Shown here: positions 41,526 through 47,140 of the stretch, one piece after another | Layout: every line of letters begins with the position of its first letter | Position numbering within the stretch: position 1 is the stretch's first letter | Source: Candidatus Levyibacteriota bacterium | GTDB lineage: Bacteria > Patescibacteriota > Microgenomatia > Levybacterales > UBA12049 | DNA: 47,140 nucleotides | Assembly (NCBI GenBank): GCA_016214555.1 | Contig: JACROF010000008.1 | Location: 1 to 47,140, forward strand | Direction of reading: 5' to 3' | Position numbers and translations under genes: made by a program | The notes under the pieces: model-generated | Told to the model about the DNA's origin: nothing | The model's database searches: none | The model's input: the letters and a program-made list of their open reading frames with translations, nothing else

Positions 41526-41558
41526 TAGGGGTGAAACCCCTAAAGGGGAATCACCCCT
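41526..41558. repeat. REP hairpin doublet upstream of the RAYT gene
   Basis: TAGGGGTGAAACCCCTA (41526-41542) followed by the variant AGGGGAATCACCCCT (41544-41558). Confidence 0.8.
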
Positions 41559-41624
41559 AAAGCTTTATGGTGTGCTAATGCTAAAAGGCTGCACGAGATT
41601 AAAAACCTGACGATTGAAGAGTAG

Positions 41625-41705
41625 TATCTGGTAGTTAGTATTTAGTATATAGGGAGATTTCCCTTTATTTTTGTTAAATACCAAATACTAAGCCCTAAAT
41701 ACTAA
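41625..41705. repeat. AT-rich long palindromic intergenic element, copy 2
   Basis: TAGTATTTAGTATAT (41636-41650) pairs with CTAAATACTA (41695-41704). Homologous to 3124-3196. Confidence 0.6.
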
Positions 41706-41706
41706 A

Positions 41707-44700
41707 TCAAGGAGTGCCGCTATTTGGGCCGAAGCGTACAGCACCACCTTGGTTCATGATCGTCTTCACCTGAGCTGAAGTGAGAGGGTAGTTAAAAATT
41801 TGCATATCATCAATTTGGCCGTTGAAGAAAAATGATGCAGCAGTCCCATTTGTTCCTGCTCCTACAGCGCCGATACGGCCTTGGCCCATCATAACTGTAG
41901 AGCTTGCTGCTTGCGTGATGTCGATTTTGCCATCAACATAGACTGTAATGCCACCACTTGCTCCAACGACTACAGCATGATGCAATGCTCCATCATTGAC
42001 AGTAATTGTTCCGACAGTGCAGCCATTTGTGCAGGTTCTAAATTTGCCGTTCATAATTTGGAGAGGGTGATAGCTGCCTGAAAAAGAGAATATTTTGTCA
42101 TCCCCAGAGCTTGTCGTCTTAAACCAGGTAGACATGGAGAATGAGTTCATTGGTAGAGCAATACTGTCTGCAATAAGGGTAGAGTCGTCAGTATCATCGA
42201 AATTAAGCGAACTATTAAATTTACCGGTTGCTCCGTTTCCCCAGGCAGTACTTGCAGTCTGACACGTGCCAACAGATGTTTGTGTTCCGGATCCTCCAAT
42301 GGTAATTGAGGCTGACATACTACTTCCCATTGACTCATTAAGCGTTGATCCTTGGCACTCATCCATTTTGTACCAATACAAAGGCTTACCACGATTGTAG
42401 TCATACGCGATTTGGGCTGGGGTACGAGTAGTATTAAAAATTCGGACATCATCAACGGAACCATTGAAATACCACTGTCCGTCAGTTCTTCGTCCTATGT
42501 TGATGTTGGTTCCACTATTTGTTTGTATTGCTTGTGCGCCTGAGCCTTCGAGTTTTCCATTTACATAGATACTCGTGGTTGTTCCGTCGTTGGTGAAGGA
42601 AATATGTGACCAGGTATTTAAAGGTATGGTGTTTGTGCTGCAGATGGTAGCATTATTGGTGAAGAGATAGACTTTTCCAACAGTATTCGTACATCCAGAG
42701 TTGTATGTTCCATTAACGCCAAAAGCCCAACCCTGTGAAGCCCCACCTCCTACGCCTTTAGAAATAGGATAGTTTACTGTTTGTGCATTCAGGACTCGGG
42801 GATACACCCATGCAGAAACGGTAATATTTGATGTCATTTGGAGATTGGTCGCATCTGTTACTACAACATAATTAGATGAGCCATTGAATTTTAATGCACT
42901 ACCAATTTTGCCAGGTGTCCATTGGGGACTATTGGTAAGTGTGCCTGAATTGTTATTTCCTGAAGTGTCATTTGCAGTAGAATTTATACGTTCGTCTAGC
43001 TTTAGTTCCAGAACTGGAGCTGAGCAGGTGGAGGTGTCGCCTGGAACACAGTATGTTGCAGACGCAGAATTCGATGCGACTGATCCGCCGGTAAGGCCAG
43101 ATGTATTAGAGCTTGCGCCTAAGACAAGCGACGAGCCTCGATTAAAATCAAGTTTGATTTCCGAATTGGTTAAGACAGCGTTATAAAGCTTCATCTCATC
43201 CAAAAGCCCGCTGTAGAAATTGGACGCTGATGAGTAGCTTCCTAAGAGAAAGCTCGTGCCATATGAGGTGCCAATACCACCTCCTAAGATCGTATTAGTA
43301 GTAATAAGCTGCCCGTCACGATAAAATTTCACCGTGACATCTGCGCCTACTGCTTCCATTGTATAGCCGTAGTAATGCCACTCGTTAGGAATCATAGTGT
43401 TGTTGCTGGAATACGAAGTAACCTGACTGTTGGCGGCGTTTTGATATGAGACAATCATCCTATTGGATGTGGAAAATCCGACGTACCAATTTGCAGAACT
43501 TGCTGATATGACAGCAACTGTTGCCCCAAAGGCCGTGCTGGGATTAGCCCAAAAAGTTGCACTTCGAGTCGCTATCTTATATGCGCTTATATTGCCAAGC
43601 GTAACGTAGTTGTTGCCACCAAATTGGAGTGCTTTGCCAAATTTTCCTTGCTGGCTCCACAATGCTCCCGTTATCGTTCCGTCTACCTTTTGAGGCGATG
43701 AATCATGTGCTACCGTACCATATCCTTCATCTAGTTTCCAATATCCCACTTGCGAGCCGATGGGTGAGCCGCCAAGAGGGTGGCTGGCGTTCATGTCTGA
43801 GACTATTTGCCCTGGAGTTCTGGCATAGTTATAGACCTGAACTTGATCAATGAGTCCATTTGTAAAGGCATTAGCATCATGTGCTGACCCTATTTTAAAA
43901 GAGGAACTATTCGAAATATCGCCTATTGAGGAAATATTCGTGGTGCTTTGTAAGACACCATTGACATAAAAAGATGCTACTGAGGAGCGATCAAAAGTCA
44001 CTGCATAGTGATACCATTTATTCGTTGTTATGTTTGGGGTAAAACTAAAGTCACCAGTAGAGTTTGACCCGTCATCCATAATGAGGCCAAATCGATTGGA
44101 TGTCGTTTGGAGAGTCCATCCTGTCCTTGTGCCTGGGCCACCTGTGGATCTTTTGGAGATTAAGAATAAGTTGCCTGTGATTGTGCGTAGATTAAACCAC
44201 CCTTCAACGGTAAAATTTTGTCTTCCAAAATCTAACATGCCACTAGCTGGATCACCCATACTCACAAAATCATTTGTTCCATTGAAATTTCCTCCCTTGC
44301 CAAATTTGCCTTGGGGCCAGTGCGCGCCTGTGCCACTCCAAGTGCCATTGTTGCCATTTCCGGATCCATCATTGACGTTATTTCCAGATCCCTCATCAAA
44401 ACTATAGGAAGCAATCGGTCCTGGAGCAAAGGCATAAAGCTGGAGTATTTCGTTTGGCGAGAGTTGTCTCTTGTAAAGCCTAACCTCATCCATGTTGCCA
44501 GGATATCTACTTCCCGTATTTCCAGAATTTGATCCAAGATAGAGTGCCGATGAATTATCGGTGAGTGTCCGATTGGTAAATGTCCCAGCAACAGTTGCTC
44601 CATCATAGTAGACGTAGAGAGAGTTACCCTTTTTAGCAAAGACAATATGATGATAGGAGGTTGTATCAGTAAAGGAGGCAGTGCTTGTAAAAATATTGCC

Positions 44701-47040
44701 TGTACCTGGCATATCAAGATAGAGTTGATTGGAAGCATTAAAACCAATAGCATAAGGTCCAGCGCCTTTTTGCATAATATAGTTATTGACGCCTACAACG
44801 CCTCTTTTTGCCCAGAGGGAGATAGTGAAGGTGTCGCCTAGATCCAGAGAAGCAGAGTCAGCAACTGAGATGGCTTCATCATTTCCCGCAAAGTATCCGG
44901 CATTACCAAATTTGGCAGAAGGGGAGGCTTCAGTCCCAAGGACTGATGTGCCATGATTTGCATTTCCAGAACTATCAACTACCTCATTACTCGTTCCGTT
45001 CCAGGAGCTTTCATCCATTTTCCAGTAAGCAGCTAGTCCATTGGAGAGAGCTGAGGTATCAGATCCACCCGTAGATACAGCCACGCCTTTGACCGATCCT
45101 CGTGCATTAACATCTGATTTAATTTGGGCAAGCGAGAGAGCATAAGGATAAATTTTGATCTCATCAATTCGTCCATTTGTATAATTGCCAAGACCTCCCG
45201 TGCAGCCAGAATCAGCGTCTGTCCCAATGAGTAATTGACATCCTGAAAAATTCAAAGCTGCACCATCTGTGATGCTTGTCGGATCTAATACTCCGTTTAT
45301 ATAATATCTAACAGCTGACCCTGATCGAGTCACTGCGATGTGTGTCCATGTGTTGGTCGGAACTGAATTGGTGCTTGCTGTTTCTGTAGTCCCATTTATC
45401 GAGGCTTGTAATTTTCCGGTGTTAACGTAGAGGAAAAATTCATTTGACGTATCACCTTGTGACATAAATATCATCTCATCATTATTAGTCTGCAAATTTA
45501 CCCACGCGCTATAAGTAAAATTCCCGGTTGAAAGTTGGGGAGTACTTACTTGAGCAAAATCATTTGTTCCATCAAACTGTAGACATTTTCTGAAGATACA
45601 CATATTTTCCTGCTGCCATGAAGGGCCATTGTATAATTCTGCAGGGAGAGGTTTTGAGGCTGAACTGCTAGCAACATTACCACTGCCTTCATCTAATTTC
45701 CAGTAGGCAAGAGGCCCAGGGGATTGTTCTTCAGAGGCAAATGAAGTAGTGGGTTGGGAATTCGTTGTGGCAACTGAGGCGATAGTGCCTGGATTTTGAT
45801 AAATTTGCTTGATTTCTGATGAAGAAAGCGCTCTATTATATGCTCGTGCATCATCAATGACACCATTGAAATATTCTCCTGAGCCATAAGATCCAAGTAC
45901 CCAGGCTGCGCTTGGACTTTGGATTGTCGATGTCCCGGCTGCCTCGCTGAGAACTTCGTTGCCATTGACATAGAGAATAATATTTGTCCCATTAAAAACA
46001 GCTACAACATGTTGCCAAACTGATGCAGTAAGAGCGCTTGTGATACTGTGGTACCCATTATTACCTCCATTGGTTGATAGTTGTATGCTAAGGGTGGTTC
46101 CGCTTCGATAGAGTCGATATGACCACGGATTTGAATTGTCAAAAATATTTTGTGTAGCACCCCCGGCTGTTGGCTTGATCCAAGCGCTTAACGTCATACT
46201 TGTTGTAAATTGCGCTGCATTGGTCGAGATAGTAACTTTATCATCGGTTCCATCGAAATTAAGCCCACTTGCATATTGCCCTGATGCGCCATTAGTCCAT
46301 GCTTGTGTTGTCGTAGTTTGAGTACCTGATGCGCCAATACTAATTGTTCCTGTATTTCCTTGAGTTGATGAATCAACAGTTGTCCCGCCAGTCCCATCAT
46401 TGTGAGTCCAGTATCCAACCAAGCCATTGAAAAGATTGAATTTACTTTGATCAGATTTGCTTGTTGCTGATGAATTGCCGTAATACATATAGAGTGAGTA
46501 GCTTGTGGTACCGGCAGGAACCTTGTCAACCAGGATCCACACTTTGGTTGTCGTTGTGTTGCAGCCACTATCGATGTAATAAGGAAGAACTTTACCAGAT
46601 TGACTAAGGAAGCGTAGATCCTGGCAAGACGATCGAAGCTTGTCATTTGCAATAAGCGTTGAAGTGTTAATAGTAAGGAGAGTCTCCAAGTTATTTATGG
46701 AGCTTCCATTTGAGGGGACAGTAACTGTTATCTGTTGGCGATAGAGCCAGTTGGAATCAAACCAGGCTGCTTTGGTCTGATCGGGAACAAGAAGTCCGGT
46801 TACAATCCATATGCCAAATACGAGAATAATTCCAGTGAGGATGGTATTGGCAAAAAGCCTTTGCGTCTTGGAGAGGCGCCGCATAAGTCTTCCAGGAAGA
46901 AGACGGAAAGGGAGGGCAACTAGAGTATATAGTATTTTGTATATGGTATGTAGGGCACGGGAGAGAGTATGTAGTATAAGGTGTATAGTATTTTGGGGGA
47001 GGGAGTGATGTTTGTAATATATTTTTCTCATAATTATCAC
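41707..47040 (-). CDS. Giant DUF2341 / LamG (concanavalin-A-like lectin) repeat surface protein
   Basis: TM anchor and a DUF2341-like N-terminal domain (WLYRQQITV...). At least seven LamG-type repeats each end in a D(E/D)xxxYNxxLSxxEI-like motif. The likely true start is MRRLSKTQ at 46884. Confidence 0.8.
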   Translation of the reverse strand: MIIMRKIYYKHHSLPQNTIHLILHTLSRALHTIYKILYTLVALPFRLLPGRLMRRLSKTQRLFANTILTGIILVFGIWIVTGLLVPDQTKAAWFDSNWLYRQQITVTVPSNGSSINNLETLLTINTSTLIANDKLRSSCQDLRFLSQSGKVLPYYIDSGCNTTTTKVWILVDKVPAGTTSYSLYMYYGNSSATSKSDQSKFNLFNGLVGYWTHNDGTGGTTVDSSTQGNTGTISIGASGTQTTTTQAWTNGASGQYASGLNFDGTDDKVTISTNAAQFTTSMTLSAWIKPTAGGATQNIFDNSNPWSYRLYRSGTTLSIQLSTNGGNNGYHSITSALTASVWQHVVAVFNGTNIILYVNGNEVLSEAAGTSTIQSPSAAWVLGSYGSGEYFNGVIDDARAYNRALSSSEIKQIYQNPGTIASVATTNSQPTTSFASEEQSPGPLAYWKLDEGSGNVASSSASKPLPAELYNGPSWQQENMCIFRKCLQFDGTNDFAQVSTPQLSTGNFTYSAWVNLQTNNDEMIFMSQGDTSNEFFLYVNTGKLQASINGTTETASTNSVPTNTWTHIAVTRSGSAVRYYINGVLDPTSITDGAALNFSGCQLLIGTDADSGCTGGLGNYTNGRIDEIKIYPYALSLAQIKSDVNARGSVKGVAVSTGGSDTSALSNGLAAYWKMDESSWNGTSNEVVDSSGNANHGTSVLGTEASPSAKFGNAGYFAGNDEAISVADSASLDLGDTFTISLWAKRGVVGVNNYIMQKGAGPYAIGFNASNQLYLDMPGTGNIFTSTASFTDTTSYHHIVFAKKGNSLYVYYDGATVAGTFTNRTLTDNSSALYLGSNSGNTGSRYPGNMDEVRLYKRQLSPNEILQLYAFAPGPIASYSFDEGSGNNVNDGSGNGNNGTWSGTGAHWPQGKFGKGGNFNGTNDFVSMGDPASGMLDFGRQNFTVEGWFNLRTITGNLFLISKRSTGGPGTRTGWTLQTTSNRFGLIMDDGSNSTGDFSFTPNITTNKWYHYAVTFDRSSVASFYVNGVLQSTTNISSIGDISNSSSFKIGSAHDANAFTNGLIDQVQVYNYARTPGQIVSDMNASHPLGGSPIGSQVGYWKLDEGYGTVAHDSSPQKVDGTITGALWSQQGKFGKALQFGGNNYVTLGNISAYKIATRSATFWANPSTAFGATVAVISASSANWYVGFSTSNRMIVSYQNAANSQVTSYSSNNTMIPNEWHYYGYTMEAVGADVTVKFYRDGQLITTNTILGGGIGTSYGTSFLLGSYSSASNFYSGLLDEMKLYNAVLTNSEIKLDFNRGSSLVLGASSNTSGLTGGSVASNSASATYCVPGDTSTCSAPVLELKLDERINSTANDTSGNNNSGTLTNSPQWTPGKIGSALKFNGSSNYVVVTDATNLQMTSNITVSAWVYPRVLNAQTVNYPISKGVGGGASQGWAFGVNGTYNSGCTNTVGKVYLFTNNATICSTNTIPLNTWSHISFTNDGTTTSIYVNGKLEGSGAQAIQTNSGTNINIGRRTDGQWYFNGSVDDVRIFNTTRTPAQIAYDYNRGKPLYWYKMDECQGSTLNESMGSSMSASITIGGSGTQTSVGTCQTASTAWGNGATGKFNSSLNFDDTDDSTLIADSIALPMNSFSMSTWFKTTSSGDDKIFSFSGSYHPLQIMNGKFRTCTNGCTVGTITVNDGALHHAVVVGASGGITVYVDGKIDITQAASSTVMMGQGRIGAVGAGTNGTAASFFFNGQIDDMQIFNYPLTSAQVKTIMNQGGAVRFGPNSGTP

Positions 47041-47140
47041 CTTGTTCGAACAGACTTAATTAGTCCGTTCAGTAATTTGTGAACCAGTATCGTCTGATCA
47101 AATAGAGAGGAGAAGTCTATACTATTTATATAGTGAACAT

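Overview
This is a low-GC bacterial chromosomal window. The backbone gene set suggests a Patescibacteria/CPR-like organism, but that is inference only. All coordinates for non-ORF features were derived by hand and may be off by 1-2 nt.

Layout:
- 1-423: 3' end of 23S rRNA plus 5S rRNA.
- 0.5-5.4 kb: a GT-C membrane protein, an S1-domain protein, radA and a PIN/TRAM gene.
- 5.4-6.2 kb: a gene-poor spacer.
- 6.2-14.4 kb: a minus-strand glycosylation cluster with a GT2 remnant, two giant polytopic GT-C-like proteins, a GT4 and a Dpm1-like GT2.
- 14.4-28.7 kb: a compositional mosaic. Visibly G+C-rich, exclusively minus-strand ORF modules alternate with short A+T-rich patches that carry sigma70-like promoters. 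The modules encode two secreted Cys-domain paralogs, a C2H2-zinc-finger/PASTA-like protein, a cupredoxin and many small orphans.
- 28.8-47.1 kb: a T4CP-like ATPase, a lipoprotein, a PxTG-sorted surface protein, rho, a LysM-M23 peptidase, tRNA-Ala(GGC), an orphan 534-aa gene, a zinc-ribbon protein, an O-antigen-ligase/TPR protein, a RAYT transposase flanked by REP hairpins, and a ~1.7-kaa DUF2341/LamG protein.

Main discovery candidate: seven intact and one decayed type III hammerhead ribozyme motifs on the minus strand. They sit exactly in the intergenic gaps of the GC-rich modules, and most lie just downstream of a strong GC hairpin. This looks like a ribozyme-punctuated gene array.

Secondary signals:
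- a conserved promoter cassette reused four times;
- promoter-proximal terminators;
- a 68-bp perfect repeat in two 5' leaders;
- a recurrent CTTTAACA motif;
- palindromic operator-like sites;
- a 0.6-kb ORF-poor GC-rich block bracketed by terminators on both strands.
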